Source of the DNA: an uncultured candidatus Porisulfidus sp.
GTDB lineage: Bacteria; Pseudomonadota; Gammaproteobacteria; Poriferisulfidales; Poriferisulfidaceae
Direction of reading: 5' to 3'
Assembly (NCBI GenBank): GCA_958431155.1
Contig: OY288106.1
Coordinates: forward strand, 486,527 to 550,526
Length of the DNA stretch: 64,000 nucleotides
Shown here: positions 14,271-34,255 of the stretch, one piece after another
Layout of the letters: every line of letters starts with the position of its first letter
Numbering within the stretch: position 1 is the first letter of the stretch
Program-made: the position numbers and the translations under genes
Notes under the pieces: model-generated
Told to the model about the DNA's origin: nothing
What the model saw: the letters and a program-made list of their open reading frames with translations, nothing else
Database searches by the model: none

Positions 14271-16118
14271 ATGGCACTGTTGCAGATTTCTGAACCGGGA
14301 CAGGCCCAACCCAAACGCCGCGCCTGCGGCATCGACCTGGGCACGACGCATTCGCTGGTTGCAGTGATGCGGGACGGGCGGGCGGTCACGCTGCCGGGAG
14401 CCGAGGGACGCCATCGCCTCCCTTCGGTCGTGCACTACGGAGACGGGCCGGCGACGGTGGGATGGGCGGCGGCGCAAGGCGCTGCAGGCGATCCGGGCAA
14501 CACGTTCTTTTCAATCAAGCGCTCGATGGGCCGCGGCACCGGGGACATCGACGAGGCGCACGATCTCGTCGAGGATTCGACTTCGGGCGTGCCGCGCTTC
14601 CGCACGGCGGCCGGACCGAAAACCGCCGTGGAGATCTCGGCCGACATCCTGGCTGCTCTGCGGGCCCGGGCTGAAGAGGAACTCGGCGGTGAGCTGGACG
14701 GCGCGGTGATCACGGTGCCGGCCTATTTCGACGAAGCCCAGCGGCAGGCGACCAAGGATGCGGCGCGCCTGGCGGGGTTGCCGGTCCTGCGGCTGATCAA
14801 CGAACCGACGGCGGCCTCGATCGCCTACGGGCTGGACCAGGAGGACGACCGCGGGCTGATTGCGGTCTTCGACCTGGGCGGGGGGACGTTCGACATTTCG
14901 ATCCTGCACCTGAGCCGGGGCGTGTTCGAGGTGCGGGCGACGGGCGGCGACACCGAATTGGGCGGCGACGACCTGGACCGGATCCTGTTGGATTGGGTGA
15001 AGGAAGAGTGCGGCGCGGAGGAGGTGGACCGGGTCTGGACGCGGACGATCCTCCAGGCGGTGCGCCAGGCCCGGGAGGCATTGTCGGAGCAGGATTCGGC
15101 CCAAATCGACTGCGGCGGCGGCAAGGTGTTGACCTTGACCCGCGAAGAATTGGAGCAGCGGTCGGCCCCGTTGCTCGAACGGACGCTGCGGTGCTGCCGC
15201 CGCGCCCTGTCGGACGCTGGAGTCGCGACTGCAGACATTCAGGAAGTGGTCATGGTCGGGGGCGTGACGCGGATGCCGTACTTGCGCCGCGAGGTCTCGA
15301 GGTTTTTCTCCCGGGCAGTCCACACCGGGATCGACCCCGACCGGGTGGTGGCGCTGGGCGCCGCGATTCAGGCCGATGTGTTGGTGGGCAATGCGCAGGA
15401 CCAGGACTTGCTGCTGCTGGACGTCATCCCCTTGTCGCTCGGGATCGAGATCATGGGCGGGCTCGTGGAGCGGGTCATTGAGCGCAATACCACCATCCCG
15501 GCCCATCATGCCCAGGAATTCACCACCTTCAAAGACGGGCAGACTGCGCTCGCGGTGCACGTGGTGCAGGGTGAACGGGAACTGGTCTCGGACTGCCGCT
15601 CGCTGGCGCGCTTCGAATTGCGCGGCATCCCGCCGATGACGGCGGGCGCCGCCCGCATCCGGGTGGAGTTCCAGGTCGATGCGGACGGACTGCTGACGGT
15701 GGAGGCGGCGGAGACCGTGAGCGGCGTACGCGCCGGAGTGTCGGTCAAGCCATCCTATGGACTGGAGGAGCCGGAAATCGAGCAGATGCTCCGGGACTCG
15801 ATCGAGCACGCGCAGGAGGATGTGGCGAGCCGCGCCCTGAACGAGCAGCGGGTCGAGGCGGATCGAGTGGTGCAGGCTTTGCGGGACGCGTTGGAGACGG
15901 ACGGACATATACTGTCGGACGATGCGGAGCGCAGCGGGATCGAGACGGCGACCCGGGCACTGATACAGGCGCGGGACGAGACGGACGCCGATGCGATCCG
16001 CGCCGGCATCAAGGCGCTTGAAGACGCTTGCGCTCCTTTCGTGGAGCGACGCATGAACCGCAGCATCCAGCAGGCCATGCAGGGGCGCAGGCTTGAGGAA
16101 TTCCAGGAGCAGGACTGA
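14271..16118 (+). CDS. hscA: Fe-S chaperone HscA (Hsp70)
   Basis: [29 protein letters not shown]. Confidence 0.97.
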   Translation: MALLQISEPGQAQPKRRACGIDLGTTHSLVAVMRDGRAVTLPGAEGRHRLPSVVHYGDGPATVGWAAAQGAAGDPGNTFFSIKRSMGRGTGDIDEAHDLVEDSTSGVPRFRTAAGPKTAVEISADILAALRARAEEELGGELDGAVITVPAYFDEAQRQATKDAARLAGLPVLRLINEPTAASIAYGLDQEDDRGLIAVFDLGGGTFDISILHLSRGVFEVRATGGDTELGGDDLDRILLDWVKEECGAEEVDRVWTRTILQAVRQAREALSEQDSAQIDCGGGKVLTLTREELEQRSAPLLERTLRCCRRALSDAGVATADIQEVVMVGGVTRMPYLRREVSRFFSRAVHTGIDPDRVVALGAAIQADVLVGNAQDQDLLLLDVIPLSLGIEIMGGLVERVIERNTTIPAHHAQEFTTFKDGQTALAVHVVQGERELVSDCRSLARFELRGIPPMTAGAARIRVEFQVDADGLLTVEAAETVSGVRAGVSVKPSYGLEEPEIEQMLRDSIEHAQEDVASRALNEQRVEADRVVQALRDALETDGHILSDDAERSGIETATRALIQARDETDADAIRAGIKALEDACAPFVERRMNRSIQQAMQGRRLEEFQEQD

Positions 16119-16456
16119 TGCCGACGATACGATTCCTGCCGCATGAGGAGATCTGCCCGACCGAGCAGGTGGTCGAGGTCGAGCCTGGCGTGAGCATCTG
16201 CGACGCGGCCTTGTCCCGCGGCATCGAGATCGAGCATGCCTGCGAAAAATCCTGCGCGTGCACAACCTGCCACGTCTACATCCGGGAAGGGGGCGACGCG
16301 CTGAACGAGGCAAGCGAAGACGAGGAGGACCTGCTGGATCGGGCGTGGGGCCTGGATCCGGATTCCCGGCTGAGTTGCCAGGCAATCGTCGGGGACGAGG
16401 ACCTGGTGGTCGAGCTTCCGCGCTACACTATCAACCAGGTTTCCGAGAATCACTAG
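16118..16456 (+). CDS. fdx: ISC 2Fe-2S ferredoxin
   Basis: HACEKSCACTTCH, SRLSCQ. Confidence 0.97.
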   Translation: MPTIRFLPHEEICPTEQVVEVEPGVSICDAALSRGIEIEHACEKSCACTTCHVYIREGGDALNEASEDEEDLLDRAWGLDPDSRLSCQAIVGDEDLVVELPRYTINQVSENH

Positions 16457-16465
16457 GAGGGAGCG

Positions 16466-16666
16466 ATGGGGCTTCGCTGGACGGATTCGCTGGACCTCGC
16501 GATCGAGCTTGAAGAAGCACACCCGGAGGTCGATCCGCAGTACGTGCGGTTCACCGACTTGCGCGACTGGGTCCTGGCGCTTGAGGACTTCGAGGACGAT
16601 CCGGAACATTGCGGGGAACGCATCCTGGAGGCCATCCAGATGGCCTGGATCGACGAACACGACTGA
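16466..16666 (+). CDS. iscX: Fe-S assembly protein IscX
   Basis: LRWTDS...VRFTDL...ILEAIQMAWIDE. Confidence 0.95.
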   Translation: MGLRWTDSLDLAIELEEAHPEVDPQYVRFTDLRDWVLALEDFEDDPEHCGERILEAIQMAWIDEHD

Positions 16667-16812
16667 GCGTACTCCGCCACTGCCTGGGGCGCCGGAGAGC
16701 CGGTGCTACACTCTCTGCACTGAGTTTTCATGCCCTCCGAGAACGGATTTGACGAGGGGTTTCCCAAGCAAATTGCGGGCTGGAATTTAAGGCTGCCTGA
16801 CCTGAATGAATC

Positions 16813-17094
16813 ATGATTATGGATGATTTTCAATTGATTATCCTGATCGTCACGGTCATCGGCAGCATGCTGGCGCACGGCAAGATCGTCCTGGGGCGCA
16901 TTTCGGCATTGGAAGGCCGCATGTTGGCTTTGGAGAACCGCATGTCAGCGCTGGAGAACCGCATGTCAGCGCTGGAGAACCGCGTGTCGGCTCTGGAAAT
17001 CCGAGTGTCCCATCTGGATGGGATGTTCGAAGGATTCCGTGCTGCCGGGCTGGTTCCATCCGGAACCGTGAAGGAGCCGACTGGCACGGCTTGA
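16813..17094 (+). CDS. Hypothetical membrane-anchored coiled-coil protein
   Basis: N-terminal hydrophobic stretch followed by heptads R(M/V/I)SALE(N/G/I). Confidence 0.7.
   Translation: MIMDDFQLIILIVTVIGSMLAHGKIVLGRISALEGRMLALENRMSALENRMSALENRVSALEIRVSHLDGMFEGFRAAGLVPSGTVKEPTGTA
16897..17022 (+). repeat. Six 21-bp tandem units (heptad coding)
   Basis: cgcatgtcagcgctggagaac exact at 16939 and 16960; degenerate copies at 16897, 16918, 16981, 17002. Confidence 0.9.
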
Positions 17095-17208
17095 AGTATC
17101 CGGCAGAAGCGTTCCGGGTTCCGCTGCGACACGAATGCCTGTGTTAGAATTCGCGCGGCCCGTGGATTGACGCGGGCCAGCCGTACGATCTGAACTGGCA
17201 CGATACCG

Positions 17209-17862
17209 ATGCGCATTATTCTGTTGGGCGGGCCCGGCGCTGGTAAGGGCACCCAGTCCAGTTACATCTGCGAGCGCTACGGCATTCCACAGATTTCGAC
17301 GGGCGACATGCTGCGCAAGGCGGTGGCCGACGGCACGCCACTGGGCAAGGAAGCCGAGCAGATCATGAGCCAAGGCGCCTTGGTGCCGGATGAGTTGATT
17401 CTAGGCCTGGTCGAACAGCGGATCGCCGAGCCTGATTGCGGCGACGGGTTCTTGCTGGACGGATTTCCCCGGACGTTGGCGCAGGCGGAAGCCTTGCGTG
17501 ACTACGAGATCGAGATCGACCACGTGGTGGAGATCCGGGTGAGCGACGAAGAGATCATCCGCCGCATGAGCGGGCGGAGGGTTCATCCGGCCTCCGGGCG
17601 CGTCTACCACATCGAGAACAATCCGCCCCGGAAAGATGGACTGGATGACGAGACGGGAGAACCGTTGATCCAACGCGACGACGATCGCCAGGAAGTGGTT
17701 CGCCAGCGCCTCACGGTCTATCATGACCAGACCGAACCGTTGATCGACTACTATTCTAGTTGGGCGGAATCCGGTGGAGAAGGAGCACCGCGGTATCACG
17801 TGGTCGATGGGGTCGGAACGATCGAAGACATCCGGGACCAGGCGTTTTCCGCGCTGGACTGA
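17209..17862 (+). CDS. adk: Adenylate kinase
   Basis: [24 protein letters not shown], non-Zn LID. Confidence 0.98.
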   Translation: MRIILLGGPGAGKGTQSSYICERYGIPQISTGDMLRKAVADGTPLGKEAEQIMSQGALVPDELILGLVEQRIAEPDCGDGFLLDGFPRTLAQAEALRDYEIEIDHVVEIRVSDEEIIRRMSGRRVHPASGRVYHIENNPPRKDGLDDETGEPLIQRDDDRQEVVRQRLTVYHDQTEPLIDYYSSWAESGGEGAPRYHVVDGVGTIEDIRDQAFSALD

Positions 17863-17911
17863 GTATCATGGCCCCGGTTTGGAATAACAGGATTAAGGAG
17901 CACTGAACGTC

Positions 17912-18385
17912 ATGGCAACGCCGACTTTCTTCATGGGCCTCCTCGGAGTACTGGTCGCGATGACGCTGGTACTGTTCATCATCGCGCAGAACATCGTGGA
18001 GCCGGACCTGAAGCTGGGCGACCCCGAAGTGGCCGAAGCGATCCACCAGCGGATTGCGCCGATCGGACGGCTCAATACCGGGGACGCCCCGGTCGCCACC
18101 GCTTCCGTGGCGCTCATCTCGGATGCCCAGGCAGCGCCGGATTTCGGGTCGGGCGAGGCGGTCTACAACGCCGTCTGCCAGGCTTGCCACACTACCGGCG
18201 TTCTGAACTCGCCGAAATTGGGTGACCCCGCAGGCTGGGGGACGCGCTTGTCGAAAGGAAAAGAAGCCCTGTACCTGAGCGTGCTCAACGGCCTCAACCT
18301 GATGCCGCCCAAGGGCGGGCGTCCCGATTTGTCGGACGAGCAGGTCCAGATGGCCGTCGACTATATGTTGGAAAGTCTCAACTGA
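17912..18385 (+). CDS. Cytochrome c5 family, membrane-anchored
   Basis: RIAPIG, CQACH haem motif, MPPKGG distal Met. Confidence 0.92.
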   Translation: MATPTFFMGLLGVLVAMTLVLFIIAQNIVEPDLKLGDPEVAEAIHQRIAPIGRLNTGDAPVATASVALISDAQAAPDFGSGEAVYNAVCQACHTTGVLNSPKLGDPAGWGTRLSKGKEALYLSVLNGLNLMPPKGGRPDLSDEQVQMAVDYMLESLN

Positions 18386-18647
18386 CCGGGTCTTCAGGAT
18401 CCTGACCGCGCTCCAGCGCATCCAGACGTTTCTGCAGTTCCCCCAGTCGCTCGCGGGTCTTGGCGAGCAGCTTGGACTGCACGTCGAATTCTTCCCGGGT
18501 CACCACGTCCAGTCGTTGCAGGAGGGCCTCGACGCAGGCCCGGACGGTTTTATGGATTTCCTCGCGGGTTGAGTGCAGGGATTCCGGGATCAACGCGTCC
18601 AGGCGCTGAGCCAGATCATCCAACTGCTTGGGGTCGAGACGGATCAT
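18378..18647 (-). CDS. ubiK: Ubiquinone biosynthesis accessory factor UbiK (BMFP family)
   Basis: LDVVTREEFDVQ...L.KTRE.L..L..RL..LE. Confidence 0.9.
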   Translation of the reverse strand: MIRLDPKQLDDLAQRLDALIPESLHSTREEIHKTVRACVEALLQRLDVVTREEFDVQSKLLAKTRERLGELQKRLDALERGQDPEDPVS

Positions 18648-18733
18648 GAGAAGCACCTATTGGCATTATACGAGCCATCTGGGACCGATGCTGATTCTTG
18701 GCGTTGACATATAGCGTTTTGCTTTTAGATTCG

Positions 18734-18762
18734 TTTACATAAATAAAGCGATATGCTATATT
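18734..18762 (+). promoter_or_regulatory. Sigma70 promoter of the relE/HTH module
   Basis: TTTACA-N17-TATATT, then GAGAGG RBS and ATG at 18773. Confidence 0.65.
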
Positions 18763-18772
18763 ACTGAGAGGA

Positions 18773-19043
18773 ATGGATTCCATATACCGGCTGACCATCA
18801 GAAGGCACGCCATTAAGGTCCTACTAAAAATGCCAAGGCAGGATTTTCGGCGCGTGCGTGATGACCTTGGAGAAATTGACAGAAGAGCCAGATCGGCGAG
18901 ACATTGACGTGGTACGGCTGCACGGACGCCCTGGTTTTCGCTTGCGGGTCGGTGGATGGCGCGTCATTTACGAACGGGACGATGAGGCTCGCGAGATTCG
19001 CATTCTGCGCATTGGTCCGCGTGGCGATATCTACAGAGAATAG
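18773..19043 (+). pseudogene. relE: RelE/ParE-family toxin, split by a +1 frameshift near 18868
   Basis: MDSIYRLTIRRHAIKVLLKMPRQDFRRVRDDL in one frame; EKLTEEPDRRDIDVVRLHGRPGFRLRVGGWRVIYE...IGPRGDIYRE* in the +1 frame. Confidence 0.8.
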
Positions 19044-19052
19044 GAGGACGAC

Positions 19053-19424
19053 ATGGCCAAGCCGCAAGTGATTCTAGACGATGGGGGAAATCCCGCCTTC
19101 GCCATCATTCCTTGGGAGGAGTACCGGCGGTGGAGTGAGGAGAATGCCGAGGCGGAGCTGAGTGACGAAGAACTCTACGATCAGGCGATGGCTGTAGGGG
19201 AAGAATTTTTTCCCATTGAGGTGGCCGACCGCTTGTTGGCTGGGGAGAATGCTGTCAAGGTCTACCGTAGCTACCGTGGAATGACTCAGAGAAATTTGGC
19301 GGAGGCTGCGGGCATCAATGCCGTTTATCTTTCGCAGATCGAAAGAGGCAAGCGTACCGGATCGGCCAGGACCTTGGCTGCAATTGCTGGTGCTTTGGGC
19401 ATCAGCGTGGATTCCTTGATTTGA
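19053..19424 (+). CDS. XRE-family HTH antitoxin/regulator
   Basis: PAFAIIPWEEY N-terminus; RGMTQRNLAEAAGINAVYLSQIERGKR HTH; AGGAGG RBS; follows relE. Confidence 0.9.
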   Translation: MAKPQVILDDGGNPAFAIIPWEEYRRWSEENAEAELSDEELYDQAMAVGEEFFPIEVADRLLAGENAVKVYRSYRGMTQRNLAEAAGINAVYLSQIERGKRTGSARTLAAIAGALGISVDSLI

Positions 19425-20398
19425 CGATTCCGGTGACTGTAGGCAAGGCGGTTCCGAAGCGTCATCCTGTGCAGCGGCCTGTCGCCGATGCGGAAGATGC
19501 CGGACGGCGCCTGGACAACTATTTGCTGGCGCGGGTGAAAGTGCCGCGCCAGGTCGTGTATCGGTGGATTCGCACCGGCCAGGTCCGGGTCAACCGCGGT
19601 CGGGCGAAGCCGTCCTACCGTCTGCGGGCCGACGACGAGGTGCGGATTCCTCCGCACAGTCCAGAGGGCCCGGCCCGGCCCGACTCGCCACTGCCCGATA
19701 TTCCGATTCCGATACTGTACGAAGACGACGAGCTGCTGGTGGTGGACAAGCCGGCCGGGCTTGCCGTGCATGGTGGCAGCCGGATTCGTTTCGGACTGAT
19801 TGACGTGCTGAGGCAGCATCGGGGAGAGGGTGAATTCCTGGAACTTGCGCATCGGCTGGATCGGGGCAGCAGCGGATGCCTCACGATCGCCCGAAACCGC
19901 AGCGCCTTGTTGAACCTACAGTCGCAGTTCCGGAAAAGGACCGTACGGAAAACCTATTGGGTGTTGGCCGCCGGACAATGGCCAGAGCATGTCCGGGAAG
20001 CCCGGCAATCAATCCGGATCAATCGGCACCATGCCCGACATCGCAAGGCGATGGTCGACGAGACCGGGAAGGAAACGTACACCCGGTTCCGGCCGCTGGA
20101 GCAGTTCGAGCAAAGCTGCCTTGTGGAAGCCTGCATCGAGACCGGGCGGACCCACCAGATCCGGGTACATGCGGCCGAGGCTGGCCACCCGGTCGTCGGA
20201 GATGACCGCTACGGCAGCAGGCGGGTCAACGGCTGGGCTCGGGAGCAGGGATTCAGACGGTTGTTCCTGCATGCGCGATCGCTGGACTTCTCCCATCCGG
20301 TGCACGGGTCTGCGGTGACGGCGCGGGCTCCCCTGGATCCGGCCTGCAAGAAACTTCTGGCTGCATTGCGCCGAGAAACCGAGGATGATTCACTATAA
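19421..20398 (+). CDS. rluC: RluA/RluC-family 23S rRNA pseudouridine synthase
   Basis: S4 domain (RRLDNYL, GQVRVN), DKPAGLAVHGG, HRLDRGSSG, TGRTHQIRVH. Confidence 0.9.
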   Translation: MTIPVTVGKAVPKRHPVQRPVADAEDAGRRLDNYLLARVKVPRQVVYRWIRTGQVRVNRGRAKPSYRLRADDEVRIPPHSPEGPARPDSPLPDIPIPILYEDDELLVVDKPAGLAVHGGSRIRFGLIDVLRQHRGEGEFLELAHRLDRGSSGCLTIARNRSALLNLQSQFRKRTVRKTYWVLAAGQWPEHVREARQSIRINRHHARHRKAMVDETGKETYTRFRPLEQFEQSCLVEACIETGRTHQIRVHAAEAGHPVVGDDRYGSRRVNGWAREQGFRRLFLHARSLDFSHPVHGSAVTARAPLDPACKKLLAALRRETEDDSL

Positions 20399-20419
20399 TG
20401 AGGCGGCACCACGGGCCGG

Positions 20420-20495
20420 GCTGGCGTAGCTCAGTTGGTAGAGCAGCTGTCTTGTAAACAGCAGGTCGGGGGTTCGAATCCTCTCGCCAGCTCCA
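20420..20495 (+). tRNA. tRNA-Thr(UGU)
   Basis: Cloverleaf, anticodon loop CTTGTAA, GGTTCGAATCC, CCA end. Confidence 0.96.
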
Positions 20496-20590
20496 TGCGG
20501 TTTTTCCGTCTAAACCCCGGTTTCGCGTGGCTTTTTCGGCCTAGTTGAACATTCAATTTATGATATAATCCATACTTTAGCCTAATTTTG

Positions 20591-20675
20591 GGAGGGGTAC
20601 CCAAGCGGTCAACGGGGGCAGACTGTAAATCTGCTGGCTCAGCCTTCGTAGGTTCGAATCCTACCCCCTCCACCA
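20591..20675 (+). tRNA. tRNA-Tyr(GUA)
   Basis: Anticodon loop CTGTAAA, long variable arm, CCA. Confidence 0.96.
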
Positions 20676-20708
20676 GGGGGCTGGAAGCCAGCGGAAACAG
20701 CAGGTTGG

Positions 20709-20782
20709 GCGGGTGTAGTTCAACGGTAGAACCTCAGCCTTCCAAGCTGATAGTGGCGGTTCGATTCCGCTCACCCGCTCCA
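20709..20782 (+). tRNA. tRNA-Gly(UCC)
   Basis: Anticodon loop CTTCCAA, CCA. Confidence 0.95.
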
Positions 20783-20808
20783 CTGCCGCCGACGGCGGGG
20801 GGGACGCG

Positions 20809-20884
<76 letters not shown>

Positions 20885-20920
20885 GATTGAGACACAACCT
20901 AACGACCAGGGAGAAAGACG

Positions 20921-22111
<1,191 letters not shown>

Positions 22112-22165
22112 CCGTTCAGGCGTTGCTTCGGACCAAACCCAAGGGTGGTAAAGTCGTGTCTGCAA

Positions 22166-22241
22166 AGGCCAGTAGCTCAATTGGTAGAGCAGCGGTCTCC
22201 AAAACCGCAGGTTGGGGGTTCGAGTCCCTCCTGGCCTGCCA
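22166..22241 (+). tRNA. tRNA-Trp(CCA)
   Basis: Anticodon loop CTCCAAA, CCA; between tuf and secE. Confidence 0.96.
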
Positions 22242-22259
22242 GCAATGGAAGGTCGCGTG

Positions 22260-22631
22260 ATGGTGCAGGAACGCATCGAATCGGGTCTTTCGCAAGCCGA
22301 CATGATCCGATGGGCGGCCGTGGCCGCACTGCTGCTGACGGGAGTCGGCGGTTTCTACTATTTCGCGGATCAGGCGCTCCTTTACCGGGTGCTCGGCCTG
22401 GTCGCGCTGTTCGCGGCGGCTGCGGTCGTTGCGGTGGGCTCGGCGCATGGCCAGCGCTTCGTGGTCTTCATGCGCGAATCCCGCACCGAGGTGCGCAAGA
22501 TGGTGTGGGCCACCCGCGCCGAAACCCTGCAGACCTCCTTGGTGGTGTTCGCGGCGGTGATCGTGATGGCCCTGTTTCTGTGGCTGCTGGATCGGCTCCT
22601 CGCTTGGGGAGTCAGCCTGCTTCTGGGGTGA
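22260..22631 (+). CDS. secE: Preprotein translocase SecE
   Basis: ESRTEVRKMVW; three TM segments; upstream of nusG. Confidence 0.93.
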   Translation: MVQERIESGLSQADMIRWAAVAALLLTGVGGFYYFADQALLYRVLGLVALFAAAAVVAVGSAHGQRFVVFMRESRTEVRKMVWATRAETLQTSLVVFAAVIVMALFLWLLDRLLAWGVSLLLG

Positions 22632-22636
22632 GGACG

Positions 22637-23206
22637 ATGACGGAAGAGCAGACCCAAGAAAGCGACCAAGACCAAGGGCTCCAGTGGTACGCGGTTCACG
22701 CCTACTCCAACTACGAGGAGCGGGTACGGGTCCAGCTGCAGGAGCGCATCGAGCGCTTGGGCAAGGAGTCCGAATTCGGACGCATCGAGGTGCCATCGGA
22801 AGCGAGCATCGAGTTGCGTGACGGCAAGCAGAAGGTCATCCGGCGCAAGACTTTCCCTGGCTACGTCCTGGTCCAGATGAAATGGTCCGAGGAGAACTGG
22901 CACCTGGTGCGCAACACGCCCAAGGTGCTCGGCTTCATCGGCGGCGCACGGCATCATCCGGAGCCGATTCCGGACGTTCAGGTCGAGTCCATCCTGGCCC
23001 GGGCCGAAGAGGGACAGGCGGCACCGCGGATCAAGGTAATGTACGAGCCGGGCCAAGTGGTCCGGGTTATCGACGGGCCGTTCAACGACTTCAACGGCGT
23101 GGTCGAAGAGGCCAACCATGAAAAGGGCCGCCTGCGCGTCGCCATCCAGATTTTCGGACGTTCCACGCCGGTCGAACTGAGTTTCGACCAAGTCACCAAG
23201 GACTGA
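22637..23206 (+). CDS. nusG: Transcription factor NusG
   Basis: [30 protein letters not shown]. Confidence 0.97.
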   Translation: MTEEQTQESDQDQGLQWYAVHAYSNYEERVRVQLQERIERLGKESEFGRIEVPSEASIELRDGKQKVIRRKTFPGYVLVQMKWSEENWHLVRNTPKVLGFIGGARHHPEPIPDVQVESILARAEEGQAAPRIKVMYEPGQVVRVIDGPFNDFNGVVEEANHEKGRLRVAIQIFGRSTPVELSFDQVTKD

Positions 23207-23216
23207 GGACCCGCTC

Positions 23217-23648
23217 ATGGCAGGCAAGGAAATCCAGACCTACGTCAAGCTTCAGGTGCCGGCGGGCTCCGCCAACCCGGCACCCCCGGTCGGGCCGGCC
23301 CTGGGCCAGCACGGCTTGGCCATCCAGGACTTCTGCAAGGCTTTCAACGACCGCACGGGGTCGATGGAGAAGGGCATGCCGCTGCCGGTGGTCATCACGG
23401 TATATGCAGACCGCAGCTTCGACTTCATAATCAAGACGCCGCCCGCCGCGGTGTTGCTGCGAAAGGCGGCCGGCGTTGAAAAAGGCAGCGCCACCCCGAA
23501 CTCGGTGAAGGTCGGCAAGGTGACGCGCCGGCAGTTGGAGGAAATCGCGACGGTCAAGATGCCCGACCTGAGCGCGAACGACATGGATGCCGCGGTGAAG
23601 ATCATCGCAGGGAGCGCCCGTAGCATGGGCCTGGAGACGGACCTATGA
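23217..23648 (+). CDS. rplK: 50S ribosomal protein L11
   Basis: [15 protein letters not shown]. Confidence 0.98.
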   Translation: MAGKEIQTYVKLQVPAGSANPAPPVGPALGQHGLAIQDFCKAFNDRTGSMEKGMPLPVVITVYADRSFDFIIKTPPAAVLLRKAAGVEKGSATPNSVKVGKVTRRQLEEIATVKMPDLSANDMDAAVKIIAGSARSMGLETDL

Positions 23649-24331
23649 AGAACCGGCGGATCACCGAGGCCCGGGACAAGATTGATGCGCAGCGGCTGTA
23701 TCCGGTCGACGAGGCGGTCGATCTGGTGCGCCAGGCAAGCGGGACGGTGAAGTTCGAGGAGAGCATCGACGTCAGCGTCAACCTCGGGGTAGACATCCGA
23801 CAGAGCGATCAGAACGTGCGCGGCGCGATGGTCTTGCCGCAAGGCACCGGCAAGCGTACGCGGGTGGCCGTGTTCGCGCAGGGTGATCCGGCGCAGGCCG
23901 CGACCGAAGCAGGTGCCGATGTGGTCGGCCTGGAGGACCTGAGCGAACAGATCAAGGGCGGCGATCTCGACTTCAGCACGGTGATCGCGACACCGGACAG
24001 TATGCCCGTGGTGGGGGCACTGGGACAGATCCTGGGCCCGCGCGGCCTGATGCCGAACCCGAAGACGGGGACGGTCACGCCCGATGTGGCCGAAGCGGTC
24101 AAGAAAGCCAGGTCCGGGCAGGTCCGCTACCGCACCGACAAGGGCGGCATCGTGCACTGCTCGATCGGGCGGACCAGCTTCGAGGCGGCGGCATTGGCCG
24201 AAAATCTCCGCGCCCTGATCGCGGAGTTGATCCGAACCAAACCGGCCTCCTCCAAGGGGGTGTACATCAAGCGCATCACCATGTCCCCGACCATGGGGCC
24301 GGGCATCCGGGTGGACCCGGCGACGGTGTGA
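23645..24331 (+). CDS. rplA: 50S ribosomal protein L1
   Basis: [21 protein letters not shown]. Confidence 0.98.
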   Translation: MKNRRITEARDKIDAQRLYPVDEAVDLVRQASGTVKFEESIDVSVNLGVDIRQSDQNVRGAMVLPQGTGKRTRVAVFAQGDPAQAATEAGADVVGLEDLSEQIKGGDLDFSTVIATPDSMPVVGALGQILGPRGLMPNPKTGTVTPDVAEAVKKARSGQVRYRTDKGGIVHCSIGRTSFEAAALAENLRALIAELIRTKPASSKGVYIKRITMSPTMGPGIRVDPATV

Positions 24332-24341
24332 GGGAGCGATC

Positions 24342-24872
24342 ATGGCACGCACACGCGAAGAAAAAGAAGCCATCGTGCAGGACGTGATGCGGGTTGCGGC
24401 CGGCGCGCAGTCGCTGGTGGCGGCGGAATACCGGGGGATGAGCGTCGCCGAACTGACTCGGTTGCGCCGACAGGCCCGGGATTGCGGCGTCGCCGTCCGG
24501 GTCGTCAAGAACAACCTGGCCAAGCGGGCGCTGGACGGGACCGACTACGCCTGCGCACAGGAGCGCCTGATCGGCCCCCTGCTGCTCGGTTTCTCCGAGC
24601 AGCAACCGATGGACGGCCCGCGCCTGTTCAGGGATTTCGGCAAAGAGAACGAATTGCTGGAACTCAAGTTCGGCGCCATGGATGGTGCCGTGCTGGAAGT
24701 GGCCGAGGTGCGGAAGTTGGCAGACCTGCCGACCCGCGACGAAGCGCTGGCACAACTGATGGCGGTCATGCGTGCGCCGATCGAGAAGATGGTCCGCATG
24801 ACAGCCGACATTCCAGGCAGGCTGGTGCGCACGTTAGCCGCGCACCGCGACCGCCAGCAGGCGGCATCCTGA
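24342..24872 (+). CDS. rplJ: 50S ribosomal protein L10
   Basis: EYRGMSV, VVKNNL, LPTRDEALA. Confidence 0.96.
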   Translation: MARTREEKEAIVQDVMRVAAGAQSLVAAEYRGMSVAELTRLRRQARDCGVAVRVVKNNLAKRALDGTDYACAQERLIGPLLLGFSEQQPMDGPRLFRDFGKENELLELKFGAMDGAVLEVAEVRKLADLPTRDEALAQLMAVMRAPIEKMVRMTADIPGRLVRTLAAHRDRQQAAS

Positions 24873-24904
24873 TTACCGATTGCAACCAAAGGAGCTATTG
24901 ACCC

Positions 24905-25294
24905 ATGACGACAGCAAGTGTTTCCAAGGAAGATGTCCTCGACGTCATTTCCAACATGACCGTGATGGAAATCGTCGACCTCGTCTCCGCGATGGAGGAG
25001 AAATTCGGCGTTTCCGCAGCGGCGGCAGTGGCGGCGGCGCCGGTGGCCGGAGCGGCCGGCGATGCGGCCGAGGAAGAGGCGGCGACCGAACGGACGGTTA
25101 TGCTGGCCTCGGTCGGCGATAACAAGATCGGCGTCATCAAGGTGATCCGTGCGATCACCGGCCTGGGGCTGAAGGAGTCCAAGGAAATGGTGGAAGGCGC
25201 GCCGTGCGCAGTCAAGGAGGGGGTTCCGGTCGAGGAGGCCGAGGACCTGAAGAAACAGATGGAGGAAGCGGGCGCAACCGTCGAACTGAAGTAA
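24905..25294 (+). CDS. rplL: 50S ribosomal protein L7/L12
   Basis: [24 protein letters not shown]. Confidence 0.98.
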   Translation: MTTASVSKEDVLDVISNMTVMEIVDLVSAMEEKFGVSAAAAVAAAPVAGAAGDAAEEEAATERTVMLASVGDNKIGVIKVIRAITGLGLKESKEMVEGAPCAVKEGVPVEEAEDLKKQMEEAGATVELK

Positions 25295-25328
25295 TTCAGT
25301 GCGCGGTCCTGCAACAAACCACGACGTG

Positions 25329-25361
25329 GCGGCACGCCGAGCGTGCCGCTGGCATCTTTTT
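25329..25361 (+). terminator. rplL-rpoB hairpin (terminator/attenuator)
   Basis: GCGGCACGC-cga-GCGTGCCGC with a T-run 7 nt later. Confidence 0.55.
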
Positions 25362-25384
25362 AATTGACGATCCCCGAGGTGGGC

Positions 25385-29902
<4,518 letters not shown>

Positions 29903-29925
29903 GGCAGACCTGACCGGAGAACATC

Positions 29926-34152
<4,227 letters not shown>

Positions 34153-34173
34153 TCTGGCTCCATTCAGGCATTT

Positions 34174-34193
34174 TCCCCGCCCCGGGGCGGGGA
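34174..34193. terminator. Perfect 20-bp palindrome after rpoC (probable terminator stem)
   Basis: TCCCCGCCCC|GGGGCGGGGA. Confidence 0.5.
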
Positions 34194-34255
34194 TATCGCC
34201 GTAAAATAGGCTATTAACTCCTCGACCCCGGGTTGATAAAGGGGTTTACGCTTGA

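Noticed and set aside
16897-17022. 21-bp repeats as a possible CRISPR array
   Set aside because: Head-to-tail with no spacers, in-frame coding, no cas genes
34195-34255. Moco riboswitch upstream of moaA
   Set aside because: Leader too short and no recognisable multi-stem structure
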